Position numbers and translations under genes: made by a program. From Candidatus Dormibacter sp. (GTDB taxonomy: Bacteria > Chloroflexota > Dormibacteria > Aeolococcales > Aeolococcaceae), in contig JBDTJX010000093.1 of assembly GCA_039935655.1 (NCBI GenBank), forward strand, positions 4,537 to 68,536: a stretch of DNA of 64,000 nucleotides, given 5' to 3'. Each line of letters starts with the position of its first letter. The first letter of the stretch is position 1. The notes under the pieces were generated by a model, which saw only the letters and a program-made list of their open reading frames with translations, did not search any database and had not been told where the DNA came from. This document shows positions 39,885 to 49,846 of this stretch, one piece after another.

Positions 39885-41776
39885 CAGCGCACCCCGGCCG
39901 AGTCGCCGGCGAGCACTCTGGCGACGATGGCGTCGGCGTCGATGCCGGCCGCGGCCATGAGCTCGGCGGGTGTGCCGGAGCCGGGCAGCTGGCGCACCGC
40001 CAGGTGGGTCACCCGGGGCCGCTGCTCATCGCCGGCGAGCGCCTCGAGAACCGCAGCGGCGAGGCCGCCCTCCGGGTAGTGATCCTCGACGATCACCAGG
40101 TTGCCGCCCGTGTCGCGCACCGCCGCGCGCAGTGTCGCGACGTCGACTGGCTTGACCGAATACAGGTCGATGACGCGGCAGCTGATGCCTTTGTCGGCGA
40201 GCCGGGAGGCGGCGTCGAGGCAGTGATGGACGGTGACGCCGGCGCCGATCAAGGTCACCGTGTCCGCGTCGCTGCGTCGCAAAACCTTCGAGCCGCCGAC
40301 CTCGAAGGTCTCGTCGTTGTCATAGAGCGTGGCATAGGCGCCGCGCGTGGTGCGCAGGTAGATGACGCCGTCTGTCTGCGCCATGCGGGCGACGAGCTTG
40401 GCTGTCGACACCGGGTCGCTCGGGTACAACACGGTGGACGTGTGGATGGCGCGCAGGCTCGCCAGGTCCTCCAGCGCCATCTGCGACGGGCCGTCGGCGC
40501 CGATCTCGCAGCCTGCGTGCGAGCCGGACAGCCTGATGTTCGCGCCCGAAACGCCCGCCATGCGCACGAAGTCGTAAGCGCGGCTGAAGAACGCGGCGAA
40601 GGTGGACGCGAACGGAACCAGGCGGCGCACTGACATTCCCACCGCGGCCGCGACCAGCTGCTGTTCGGCGATATACATCTCGAAGAAGCGCTCCGGGTAC
40701 GCCTCCTTGAACTCCTCGGCGTGTGTCGAGTTGCTCACCTCGCCGTCGAGTGCGACCACGTCCGCGCGAGCCCCGAGTGCCACCAGCGCGTCGCCAAATG
40801 CCTTGCGGGTAGCCACCTTGTCGTCCTTTGAGTAGGTCGGCACTGAAACGGTCACTCCCGCGCCGCCGCGGCGCACCGCCGACTCACCCGGCTCGGGGCG
40901 TGGCGTATCGACGTGCAGGTTGCGGATCCCGCCGAGCTCGGTGATGGCCCGCTCGGCCATGTCGGGCGGCAGCGCCTTGCCGTGCCAGCCGTCCTTGTCC
41001 TCGATCTCGCTGAACCCCTTGCCCTTGATGGTGCGGGCCAGCACCACCGTTGGGCGTTCGCGTTCGGCACGGGCCCGCTGGAGCGCGTCATCGATCTGCT
41101 CGACGTCGTGGCCGTCGATGACCAGGGCGCGACAGCCGAACGCTTCGACGCGACTCTGGTACGCGGCCATGTTCCATTCGAGCTCGGTTGGCCCCCGCTG
41201 GCCGAGCCGGTTGACGTCGACGATGGCCGTGAAGTTGGAGAGCCCGTAGTGCGCGGCCTTGTCGAGACCTTCCCAGATCGAGCCCTCGGCCATCTCCGAG
41301 TCGCCGCAGACGGTCCAGACATGGAACGGGAGCCGGTCGACGGCGCGGCCGGCCAGGGCCACCCCGACAGCGATGGGAAGCCCCTGACCGAGCGAGCCGG
41401 TGGCCACGTCGACCCAGGGCAGCACCGGGGTGGGATGTCCCTGCAGGCGCGAGCCGTTGGCGCGGTACGTCATCAGTTCGGTGTCGTCGATCGCGCCACA
41501 CGCTTTGAAGATGGCATAGACCAGGGGAGAGGCGTGGCCTTTGGAGAAGATCAGGTGGTCGTTGTTGTCGAGGGTGGGCTTCTGCCAGTCGTAGTGGAGG
41601 TGACGGGTGATGAGCACCGCGAGGAGGTCACTGGCCGACATGCTCGAGGTGGGGTGACCTGAACCGGCTTTGGTGCTGGCCCGGATGCCGTCGACCCGCA
41701 ACTGGTTGCCGAGGTCGCGCATGAATGCGACGTCCTCGGCAGTCAGGCGCTTATCAACACTGCCTGTCACCGCCAT
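39884..41776 (-). CDS. tkt: transketolase
   Basis: 630 aa with the ThDP motif GDSEMAEGSIWE and the transketolase pyrimidine-binding and C-terminal domains. Confidence 0.95.
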   Translation of the reverse strand: MAVTGSVDKRLTAEDVAFMRDLGNQLRVDGIRASTKAGSGHPTSSMSASDLLAVLITRHLHYDWQKPTLDNNDHLIFSKGHASPLVYAIFKACGAIDDTELMTYRANGSRLQGHPTPVLPWVDVATGSLGQGLPIAVGVALAGRAVDRLPFHVWTVCGDSEMAEGSIWEGLDKAAHYGLSNFTAIVDVNRLGQRGPTELEWNMAAYQSRVEAFGCRALVIDGHDVEQIDDALQRARAERERPTVVLARTIKGKGFSEIEDKDGWHGKALPPDMAERAITELGGIRNLHVDTPRPEPGESAVRRGGAGVTVSVPTYSKDDKVATRKAFGDALVALGARADVVALDGEVSNSTHAEEFKEAYPERFFEMYIAEQQLVAAAVGMSVRRLVPFASTFAAFFSRAYDFVRMAGVSGANIRLSGSHAGCEIGADGPSQMALEDLASLRAIHTSTVLYPSDPVSTAKLVARMAQTDGVIYLRTTRGAYATLYDNDETFEVGGSKVLRRSDADTVTLIGAGVTVHHCLDAASRLADKGISCRVIDLYSVKPVDVATLRAAVRDTGGNLVIVEDHYPEGGLAAAVLEALAGDEQRPRVTHLAVRQLPGSGTPAELMAAAGIDADAIVARVLAGDSAGVR

Positions 41777-41923
41777 GGTTCACGACCTCCGCGCTTCCTG
41801 ATCTGTTCCTTCCATCATGGCTCGCTGGTCGCTGGCGGCGTAGCCGCGCGTGGGCCAGGACCGTGAGTTGGGCTGTCGAGGGAGGTGTACACTCGCAAGC
41901 CGTTCCCCGGTCAGGGGAACCGC

Positions 41924-42001
<78 letters not shown>

Positions 42002-42050
42002 CCCCGTCCCCGGTGACGCTGACGACCATCGCCTACACTTCGCGTCCGAC

Positions 42051-42449
42051 ATGAAAGGGGTGACGCGGGCCGCCGCGGCCATCGGTGCGGCGGTGGCCGG
42101 CATCGGGGCAGCGATCTTCCTCCTGCCCCGGCGCGGCGCGTCTCGCCGGCAGGCGGCGACCGTGATCGCCAAGCGGCAGACAGCCCACGTAGCGACGCTC
42201 GTCGGAGTGCGGGCCAACCGCCGCGAGGCGGAGCTCGTTGAGGGCGTTCGCGCCGAGCTGGCGGTTCGCTTCGGCGATGAATCCGACGGGGTCGGCGTCA
42301 CCGCCCACAAGAGCACCGTGACCCTTCGCGGCGAGGTGGGCCAACTCGATGCCATCGATGCGTTCGAGGACGCCGCCCGGTCGGTCGGCGGGGTCAGCGA
42401 CGTCAACAACCTGCTCCGTCTGGTGGCCACCGCCCGCGCGGCACCGTGA
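42051..42449 (+). CDS. BON-domain protein with N-terminal TM anchor
   Basis: BON-like segment VTLRGEVGQLDAIDAFEDAARSVGGVSDVNNLL; 132 aa. Confidence 0.55.
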   Translation: MKGVTRAAAAIGAAVAGIGAAIFLLPRRGASRRQAATVIAKRQTAHVATLVGVRANRREAELVEGVRAELAVRFGDESDGVGVTAHKSTVTLRGEVGQLDAIDAFEDAARSVGGVSDVNNLLRLVATARAAP

Positions 42450-43486
42450 CTCTGCCGTTCTCACCGCCGCTGGAGCCGATGCTGGCCAAGGCGGCGGCGG
42501 AGATCCCCGTGGGGTCGACCTGGCGATACGAGCCCAAATGGGACGGTTTCCGGGCGGTCATCTTCCGCGACGGCGACGACGTCGTCGTCAGCAGCCGCAA
42601 AGGCCAGCCGCTGCAGCGCTTCTTCCCCGAGATCCTCGATCCGTTGCGCGCTGCGTTGCCGCAGCGCGCGGTCGTCGACGGCGAGATCATCATCGCCACC
42701 CCGCACGGCCTTGACTTCGACGCGCTGCAGATGCGGCTCCACCCCGCCGCGTCGCGGGTGGCCCGCCTGGCCGGGGAGACACCGGCCACAGTGATCCTCT
42801 TCGACCTTCTCGCGGAGGCCGACCAGGACCTCCGCGGCCGGCCGCTGGTCACCCGCCGCGAGCTGCTGCGCGGCGCGGCGACACCGAACCCACGGACGGC
42901 GTTGACACCGCACACGGCCGACATCGACGAGGCGCGCGACTGGTTCACGCGCTACGAGGGTGCCGGGCTCGACGGCCTCATCGCCAAGCCGGCTGACGGC
43001 ACCTACCGGCCCGGCGAGAGGGGCTGGGTGAAGATCAAACACCTGCGCACCGTGGACTGCGTGGTCGGCGGCTATCGCCTGGAGACGAAGACAGAGGTCG
43101 TCGGTTCGCTCCTGCTCGGGCTGTACGACGGCGACCGCGTGTTCCACCGCGTCGGACACACATCCTCGTTCTCCGCCAAGGAGAAGCGCGACCTGGTCAC
43201 CATCCTGGCTCCGCTTCACGGTGGCGGGAGTTTCGGGGGCGGCCGCACGCCCGGCGCGCCGAGCCGGTGGACGCGTGACAAGGACGCCGACTGGGTTGCG
43301 CTGACGCCGACGCTGGTGTGCGAGGTGTCCTTCGACCACCTCCAGGGGCAGCGCTTCCGCCACGCCGCGCGATTCCTGCGCTGGCGTGAGGACCGCGACC
43401 CGCTCACCTGCACCTACGACCAGCTGACCCCGGTCGATGCCTTCCGGCTTCACGACATCGTCGAACTCCCCGACGCGCACGCATAG
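42446..43486 (+). CDS. ligC: ATP-dependent DNA ligase (LigC-type, ligase domain only)
   Basis: Motif I KWDG (EPKWDGFRA), motif IV and an OB domain; 346 aa. Confidence 0.85.
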   Translation: MTLPFSPPLEPMLAKAAAEIPVGSTWRYEPKWDGFRAVIFRDGDDVVVSSRKGQPLQRFFPEILDPLRAALPQRAVVDGEIIIATPHGLDFDALQMRLHPAASRVARLAGETPATVILFDLLAEADQDLRGRPLVTRRELLRGAATPNPRTALTPHTADIDEARDWFTRYEGAGLDGLIAKPADGTYRPGERGWVKIKHLRTVDCVVGGYRLETKTEVVGSLLLGLYDGDRVFHRVGHTSSFSAKEKRDLVTILAPLHGGGSFGGGRTPGAPSRWTRDKDADWVALTPTLVCEVSFDHLQGQRFRHAARFLRWREDRDPLTCTYDQLTPVDAFRLHDIVELPDAHA

Positions 43487-43526
43487 CCGGCGACGCGCTC
43501 CGCGGGTACCGGCCACCTAGCATCGC

Positions 43527-44605
43527 GTGGTGTCCCGCCGTCGTCGCGTCATCGACAACGACCCCGTCGCCTCGGCGCGCGCCGCGGGGTTGCGCTACGT
43601 CACCGATGCCGGGGCAGGAATCCGGCGCGAGGCCAAGCCGGGCGGTGGGTTTCGCTACATCGCTCCGGACGGCAAGACCATCCGCGCGGCTGCGGAGGTG
43701 CAGCGAATCGCCCATCTCGCGGTGCCCCCGGCGTGGACAGATGTGTGGATCTACCCCCAGGCCAACGGCCACATCCAGGCAACCGGCCGCGACGCTCGGC
43801 GCCGCAAGCAGTACCGCTACCACGATCGCTGGCGCGAGGCGCGGGACGCCACCAAGTACGAACGCACGCTTGCATTCGGCGAAGTGCTGCCGCGCATCCG
43901 CGCCCAGGTTGACCGTGACCTGCGCCGGCCCGACCTGTCACGCGAGCGTGTGCTCGGTCTTGTCGTGCGCCTCCTCGACGCCACCTACATCCGGGTTGGC
44001 AACGAGGAGTACGCCCGCGAGAACAGGTCGTTCGGGCTGACCACGATGCTCGAGCGTCACGTCGAGGTGGAGGGCAGCAAGGGGGCTTCCAGTTCCGTGG
44101 CAAGAGCGGCAGGGCGCATGTCGTCGACCTGCGGGACGCCAGGGTGGCACGCGCGACCACCCGGCTCCAGGAGCTGCCGGGCCAGGAGCTGTTCCAGTGG
44201 CTCGACGACGACGGTGAGGTGCGCCGCGTGGAATCCGACGACGTCAACGCGTACATTCGCGACGCCGCCGGAGACGACTTCTCGGCCAAGGACTTCCGGA
44301 CGTGGGCCGGCACCGTGCTGGCCGCATGGGCTCTCCAGGAGCTCGGTGAGCACGCCTCCAAAGCGCAGGCCAAACGACAGGTGGTGGAGGCAGTCGAGTC
44401 GGTGGCGCGGCACCTGGGCAACACCTCGGCGGTGTGCCGGCGCTGCTACGTGCACCCTGAGGTGCTCAGCGCACACCTCGATGGCGAACTGCTCAACACT
44501 CTTGGGCAGCGGGCCGAGGAGACACTTGCGGGCGCGCTGGATGAGCTGAGCCCGGCGGAGGCCGCCGTGCTCGCCTTCCTGCGACGCCGCATCGCGCAGG
44601 CTTAG
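43527..44605 (+). pseudogene. type IB DNA topoisomerase (bacterial TopIB) interrupted by a +/-1 frameshift in a G5 run
   Basis: Frame 0 (43527..44100) carries the N-terminal and core region (LRYVTDAGAGIRR ... FGLTTMLERHVEVEGSK). Frame +2 (44144..44605, readable back to about 44070) carries GFQFRGKSGRAHVVDLRD ... CRRCYVHPEV with the catalytic Tyr. The frames switch in GGGGG at 44081-44085. Confidence 0.75.
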
Positions 44606-44616
44606 AGTGGCGGTGG

Positions 44617-45396
44617 ATGAGCGTCCAGACCGACTACGTCACCTACCTGCACATCGACGCCCTCCTCGACCTTCAACAACCGCTCACCGACGGCGCCCAC
44701 GACGAGATGCTCTTCATCGTCGTCCACCAGGTGTACGAGCTCTGGTTCAAGCTCATTCTCCACGAGCTCGACGCCACCGCGGCGGCGCTCGACGAGGGCA
44801 GTCCCCATACAGCGCTGGCGCCGATGCGCCGTGCTGTCGACGTCGAGGAACTGCTGATCCAGCAGCTGCGCGTGCTCGAAACCATGAGCCCGGACGGCTT
44901 TATGCGGTTCCGCGACCCACTGGCGCCAGCGTCCGGCTTCCAGTCTACGCAGTTCCGCGAGATCGAAGCCCTGTCCGGCTTTGGTGATGCGCGTCACCTT
45001 GGCGACGCGGGCCGCAGCGAGCTCCAACGCGCCCAACTGCGGGGCCGCCTGGAGCAACGCTCGTTGTACGACGCGCTGGGGTCTGCGCTGCGCGCTCACG
45101 ATCTCGATTTTCCGGGCGGTGACCACGACCTGTCGCGGGAGCGCCGCCTCACCGCGCTGGCGTCGCTGTACCGCGACCACGATGACCTCATGCGCACCGC
45201 GTTCCATCAGCTCTGCGAGCTGTTCGTCGACCATGACGAGGGCATCGCCCGATGGCGCCACCACCACGCGCTGATGGCCGCGAGGGAAATCGGCAGTCGC
45301 AGTGGCACCGGTGGGAGTCTCGGCGTCGCCTACCTGCAGGCGACGCTGGAGCGGCGGTTCTTCCCTGAGCTCTGGGAGGTGCGCAACCGCCTGTGA
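44617..45396 (+). CDS. kynA: tryptophan 2,3-dioxygenase
   Basis: Region VTYLHIDALLDLQQP...HDEMLFIVVHQVYELWFKLILHEL is typical of bacterial TDO; 259 aa. Confidence 0.85.
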   Translation: MSVQTDYVTYLHIDALLDLQQPLTDGAHDEMLFIVVHQVYELWFKLILHELDATAAALDEGSPHTALAPMRRAVDVEELLIQQLRVLETMSPDGFMRFRDPLAPASGFQSTQFREIEALSGFGDARHLGDAGRSELQRAQLRGRLEQRSLYDALGSALRAHDLDFPGGDHDLSRERRLTALASLYRDHDDLMRTAFHQLCELFVDHDEGIARWRHHHALMAAREIGSRSGTGGSLGVAYLQATLERRFFPELWEVRNRL

Positions 45397-46631
45397 GTGC
45401 GAGCATCGACCGCGAGGCATGCGCCGAGCGCGACGCGCGCGACCCGCTCGCGGCCGTCCGTCAGCGCTTCGTCCTCCCCGACGGCCTTGTCTACCTCGAC
45501 GGCAACTCCCTCGGTGCAATGCCGGTCGCGACCGCTCGAGCTGTCGCCACGGCGGTGGAGCAACAGTGGGGGGATGGGCTGATCCGCAGTTGGACTGACG
45601 GCGGCTGGATCGACGCGCCACTGCGCGTCGGTGCCAAGATCGCGCGCCTGGTCGGTGCCGAGGACAACGAGGTGGTGGTCGCCGAGAGCACCTCGATCTG
45701 CCTCTTCAAGCTGGTGTGTGCTGCCCTGGCGATGCAGCCGGGACGCTCGGTGGTGGTCACCGAGCAGGAGAACTTCCACACCGACCTCTACGTCGCCGCC
45801 AGTGCGGCTGCGCTCAACGGAGCCACACTGCGCGTGGTGCCACGCGCCCGGATGCTTGATTCGCTGGGCGACGACGTCGCGCTGACGCTGATCACGCACG
45901 TTGACTACCGAACCGGCTTCATGCACGACATGCGAGCGGTCAGCGACGCCGTGCATGAAGCCGGCGCGCTGGCGGTCTGGGACCTGTCGCACAGCGTCGG
46001 GGCGGTGCCGTTGCGGATCGACGACGACGGCGCCGACATGGCCACGGGGTGCGGGTACAAATACCTCAACGGTGGCCCCGGAGCACCCGCGTTCCTGCAC
46101 GTGCGCAGTCGGCTGCACGACCGGTTGCGCAACCCGGTGCCCGGGTGGCTCGGCCACGCGGAACCGTTTGCATTCGAGCCCGCCTACCGCCCGGCGCGCG
46201 GGATCGCCTCGATGCTCTCCGGCACACCGCCGACGCTCGAGCTGACCGCGCTGGAAGCCGGTGTGGACCTCTGGCTCGAGCAGGACATGGCAGCGGCGCG
46301 ACGCAAGTCGACGGCGCTGACCGAGCTGTTCATCACACTGGTCGAGCAACGCTGCGCGCGCATGGGGTTCGAGCTGGTGTCGCCGCGCGATCCGGAGCGG
46401 CGCGGCTCGCAAGCGTCCTTCCGTCACAGCAACGGTTACGGCGTGATTCGCGGCCTGATCGAGCGTGGCGTCATCGGCGACTTCCGCGCCCCCGACATCT
46501 GCCGGTTCGGTTTCGCGCCGCTGTACATCCGCTACGTGGACGTGTGGGACGCGGTCGAACGGCTGCGCGACGTGATCGACACCGGCGCGCACCTCGACGA
46601 GCGCTTCGCGGAGCGCGCGGCGGTCACCTGA
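45393..46631 (+). CDS. kynU: kynureninase
   Basis: PLP fold type I with GCGYKYLNGGPG; 412 aa. The start overlaps the kynA stop. Confidence 0.9.
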   Translation: MSASIDREACAERDARDPLAAVRQRFVLPDGLVYLDGNSLGAMPVATARAVATAVEQQWGDGLIRSWTDGGWIDAPLRVGAKIARLVGAEDNEVVVAESTSICLFKLVCAALAMQPGRSVVVTEQENFHTDLYVAASAAALNGATLRVVPRARMLDSLGDDVALTLITHVDYRTGFMHDMRAVSDAVHEAGALAVWDLSHSVGAVPLRIDDDGADMATGCGYKYLNGGPGAPAFLHVRSRLHDRLRNPVPGWLGHAEPFAFEPAYRPARGIASMLSGTPPTLELTALEAGVDLWLEQDMAAARRKSTALTELFITLVEQRCARMGFELVSPRDPERRGSQASFRHSNGYGVIRGLIERGVIGDFRAPDICRFGFAPLYIRYVDVWDAVERLRDVIDTGAHLDERFAERAAVT

Positions 46632-46638
46632 CTCTCGG

Positions 46639-47391
46639 CTACGAGCCGCCCCGGAAGCGGCCGCCTCGCCACGCGGAGAACGTGCTGACCGCGACGATCA
46701 CAACGACGAGTGCGATCGTGATCCTGCCGCTGTACTGACCGACCGCGTCGGCGACATTCTCGGCCGGCTTGCCGATGATGAAGCCGAGCGACACCCAGAG
46801 GCCGATGTAGCTGAGGGTGCCGATGAAGTCGACGACGATGAAGGGCAGGAACCGGATGCGGGCATCGCCGGCGCCGAAATACAGCAGATCGTTGGGCACG
46901 GGGAGCCAGTAGGCGAAGAGGATCGCCCAGAGCCCCCAGCGTGCGAAGAACCTCTCCGCCCGGGACGCCCTGCGGTGCCATCGCCGGTCGTGCTTCTCGA
47001 GATAGCCCACCAGCGGACGCCCGTAACGGCGACCCGCCCAGAAGAAGAAAGGGTCGGTAAGCATCGTGATCGGGATGGGTGCAAAGAGCACCGCCCAGAG
47101 CGGCAGCCTGCCGCCGGAGGCGAAGGCGCCGGCGATGATCAACGAGATGGTGCTGCCGCGAAGCAGTTCCGCGTACAGCGGGCGCGTGAACTGCAGCGCC
47201 GTGCCCAGTGGGATACCGGCGTAGTAGTAGATCGACTTGGCGAGGATCGGTCCCAGGCAGAGGAAGTCCTTGGGCCCCGCGTTGTCAAGGAAGCTCGCCG
47301 GGGCGTTGTGCTCGTCGGTGCCCGGGCTCTCCTGTGTGCCAGTTTCGTCGATGCGGTCCTTCTCGTCGTCCGACCGTTCGGCGTCGATCAC
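46639..47391 (-). CDS. DedA/SNARE-associated family membrane protein with acidic N-terminal tail
   Basis: DedA signature FFWAGRRYGRPL. The probable GTG start at 47391 overlaps the EamA stop. The longer track ORF upstream is not supported. Confidence 0.7.
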   Translation of the reverse strand: MIDAERSDDEKDRIDETGTQESPGTDEHNAPASFLDNAGPKDFLCLGPILAKSIYYYAGIPLGTALQFTRPLYAELLRGSTISLIIAGAFASGGRLPLWAVLFAPIPITMLTDPFFFWAGRRYGRPLVGYLEKHDRRWHRRASRAERFFARWGLWAILFAYWLPVPNDLLYFGAGDARIRFLPFIVVDFIGTLSYIGLWVSLGFIIGKPAENVADAVGQYSGRITIALVVVIVAVSTFSAWRGGRFRGGS

Positions 47392-48347
47392 GCCACGCCT
47401 TCGAGGGGCACGCTGGGGGCGCGCCGCGGCGAAACCGGCGGCCGGGAGAGGATCAGCACCACGGCGACGATGATGAGGGCCGCCGCCAGCAGCGTCTGCC
47501 CGGTGATGTGCTCGCCCAGGAATACCCAGCCGAGGAGAACCGCGACCAAGGGGTTGACGTACGCGTACGTCGCGACTGCGGTGGTGGGCACTTTGCTGAG
47601 CAGCCACACGTACGCGGTGTAGGCGACGAGCGAGCCGAAGACCACAAGGTAGACGAGTGACAACGCTGACACCAGGCTGATCCTGTCGAGGTGCAGGTTG
47701 GGCAATTCGCCGGTGGCGACCCCGGCGATGAGCAACAGCGCGCCACCGCAGAGCATCTCCATCCCGGTTGCCACCAGCACGCGCTTGGGTACTGGGCCGC
47801 GCGTGGCGTACAGCGAACCGATTGCCCACGCCAGGGGCGATGCCAGCACGAGCAGCATGTGACCGGCGTCGGGGGCGCCTCCCCCGGGGCGGAGCAGCAC
47901 CGCGGTCCCGAACAGACCGACCCCGATGCCGACCATCGCAAGCGGGCGCAGACGCTGGCCGAGGAAGAGCGCGCTGAACAGTGCGATGAAGAGGGGGACG
48001 GTGGCGACCAGGAGCGCGACCGTGCCAGATGGCACGAACTGCTCGCCGTAGGCGACACCGCCGTTGCCGCCGAGCAGGAGCAGTGCACCGGTGACGGCGG
48101 CTGCGCCCCACTGGCGGCGGCCGATCGGATCCCTCTCGCGGCCGCCGCGCATGCGACTGGTGATGGCCAGGAGGATTGCACCGGCAATGACGAATCGAAC
48201 GCCTGCCATGAGCAGGGGGGGAATGGTTTCCGAGGCCAGCTTGATGAACAGGTAGGTGCTGCCCCAGATGACGTACACGATGGCAAACGCGCCGATCACC
48301 CGGCCGCCCAGGCGATGGACGACGGTGGATCGAGCCAGGGCGGTCAC
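47388..48347 (-). CDS. EamA/DMT-superfamily transporter
   Basis: 319 aa with two EamA repeats and 10 TM helices. Confidence 0.8.
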   Translation of the reverse strand: MTALARSTVVHRLGGRVIGAFAIVYVIWGSTYLFIKLASETIPPLLMAGVRFVIAGAILLAITSRMRGGRERDPIGRRQWGAAAVTGALLLLGGNGGVAYGEQFVPSGTVALLVATVPLFIALFSALFLGQRLRPLAMVGIGVGLFGTAVLLRPGGGAPDAGHMLLVLASPLAWAIGSLYATRGPVPKRVLVATGMEMLCGGALLLIAGVATGELPNLHLDRISLVSALSLVYLVVFGSLVAYTAYVWLLSKVPTTAVATYAYVNPLVAVLLGWVFLGEHITGQTLLAAALIIVAVVLILSRPPVSPRRAPSVPLEGVA

Positions 48348-48427
48348 TTCCGGTCACCCTACGGCATCGACGCGCGCCGACGGAGTCGTGGACGGCGCGC
48401 TTACCATCGGTGTCTGGAGGACGCGAG

Positions 48428-49846
48428 ATGGCCGTGGAAGTGCAGGCGATGCGCTCCGTCAACCCGGCGACGGAGGAGGAGATCGCCACCTATCCGGTGC
48501 ATACAGAGCGGGACGTCGACGCCGCGCTGGATCGTGCGCTGGCGCGCCGGCAGGGGTGGCGGGCGACGCCCATCGAGGACCGATGCCGGCTGGTTGCCGC
48601 GGCCGGCGGCGTCCTCCGGCAGCGCCGCGACTCGCTGGCCGCGCTGATCACCGCGGAGATGGGCAAGCCCATCGCCGAGGCCCGCGCCGAGGTCGAGAAA
48701 TGCGCCTTTGCGTGCGACTGGTTCGCCCAGCACGCCGCGAGCTTCCTGGCCGACGAGCCGGCCCCGAGCGACAGTCCACGCAGCTTCGTCACGTTCGAGC
48801 CGCTGGGCACGGTATTCGCGGGGATGCCCTGGAACTTTCCGCTCTGGCAGGTGTTCCGCTTCGCGGCGCCGGGGCTGTGTGCGGGCAACTGCGCGCTGCT
48901 CAAGCACGCCAGCAACGTCAGCGGTTGTGCGCTCGCCATCGGCGAGGTTTTCCGGGACGCAGGCGTGCCCGACGGCGTCTTCGAGGTGGCGCTGATCCCC
49001 AACCAGCGGGTCGCCGCAGTCATCGAGGACCCGCGCATCACCGCCGTCACGCTGACCGGGAGCACCGCCGCCGGACGCAGCGTCGCCGCCGCGGCGGGGA
49101 GAAGCCTGAAGCCCGCAGTGCTCGAGCTCGGCGGATCCGACGCATTCATCGTCCTGGAAGACGCCGACCTCGAGGCGGCCGCGACCATCGCCGCCAAGTC
49201 GCGCTTCCAGAACGCCGGCCAGAGTTGCATCTCGGCGAAGCGGTTCATCGTCGTCGACACCGTCGCCGCCGAGTTCGAGGAGTTGCTCGTCGAACGCGCG
49301 CTGGCGATGGTGGTCGGGGACCCCACCCGCGACTCCGTGACCATGGGGCCACTCGCGCGCGGCGACCTGCGCGACACCATCGAACGCCAGCTGCGCGAGT
49401 CGCTGGCGATGGGCGCAACGCTGCGGTGTGGTGGCACGCGACCAGAGGGACGCGGCTACTACTTCACGCCCGCCGTGCTCACGGGCTGCACGGCGGACAT
49501 GCCCGCCTTCCATGAGGAAACGTTCGGGCCGCTCGCCGCGGTCATGCGTGTGCGCTCCGCGGATGCGGCGATCGCGGCAGCGAACAATTCCGATTTCGGG
49601 CTCGGCGGCAACATCTGGACGCGAGATGAGGAAAGAGGCCTCTCGCTGGCTCGGCGAATGGACAGCGGTGGTGTCTTCATCAACGGCATGACGCACTCCG
49701 ATCCGCGCATTCCCTTCGGCGGCGTCAAGGAAAGCGGCTACGGTCGCGAACTTGCCATTTTCGGCATCCGCGAGTTCGTCAACATCAAAACGATCTGGTT
49801 GCCGGAGGAGATCTCGGCTAACGGAGGGGGTATCCTGACGGAGTGA
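48428..49846 (+). CDS. NAD(P)-dependent succinate-semialdehyde dehydrogenase-like aldehyde dehydrogenase
   Basis: LELGGSD, FQNAGQSCISAKR (catalytic Cys) and a PFGGVKESG Glu region; about 472 aa from MAVEVQAM. Confidence 0.85.
   Translation: MAVEVQAMRSVNPATEEEIATYPVHTERDVDAALDRALARRQGWRATPIEDRCRLVAAAGGVLRQRRDSLAALITAEMGKPIAEARAEVEKCAFACDWFAQHAASFLADEPAPSDSPRSFVTFEPLGTVFAGMPWNFPLWQVFRFAAPGLCAGNCALLKHASNVSGCALAIGEVFRDAGVPDGVFEVALIPNQRVAAVIEDPRITAVTLTGSTAAGRSVAAAAGRSLKPAVLELGGSDAFIVLEDADLEAAATIAAKSRFQNAGQSCISAKRFIVVDTVAAEFEELLVERALAMVVGDPTRDSVTMGPLARGDLRDTIERQLRESLAMGATLRCGGTRPEGRGYYFTPAVLTGCTADMPAFHEETFGPLAAVMRVRSADAAIAAANNSDFGLGGNIWTRDEERGLSLARRMDSGGVFINGMTHSDPRIPFGGVKESGYGRELAIFGIREFVNIKTIWLPEEISANGGGILTE

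Noticed and set aside
46639-48489. 616-aa minus ORF
   Set aside because: Only the last 250 aa (DedA) are real. The remainder is an alternative frame across the EamA transporter gene.
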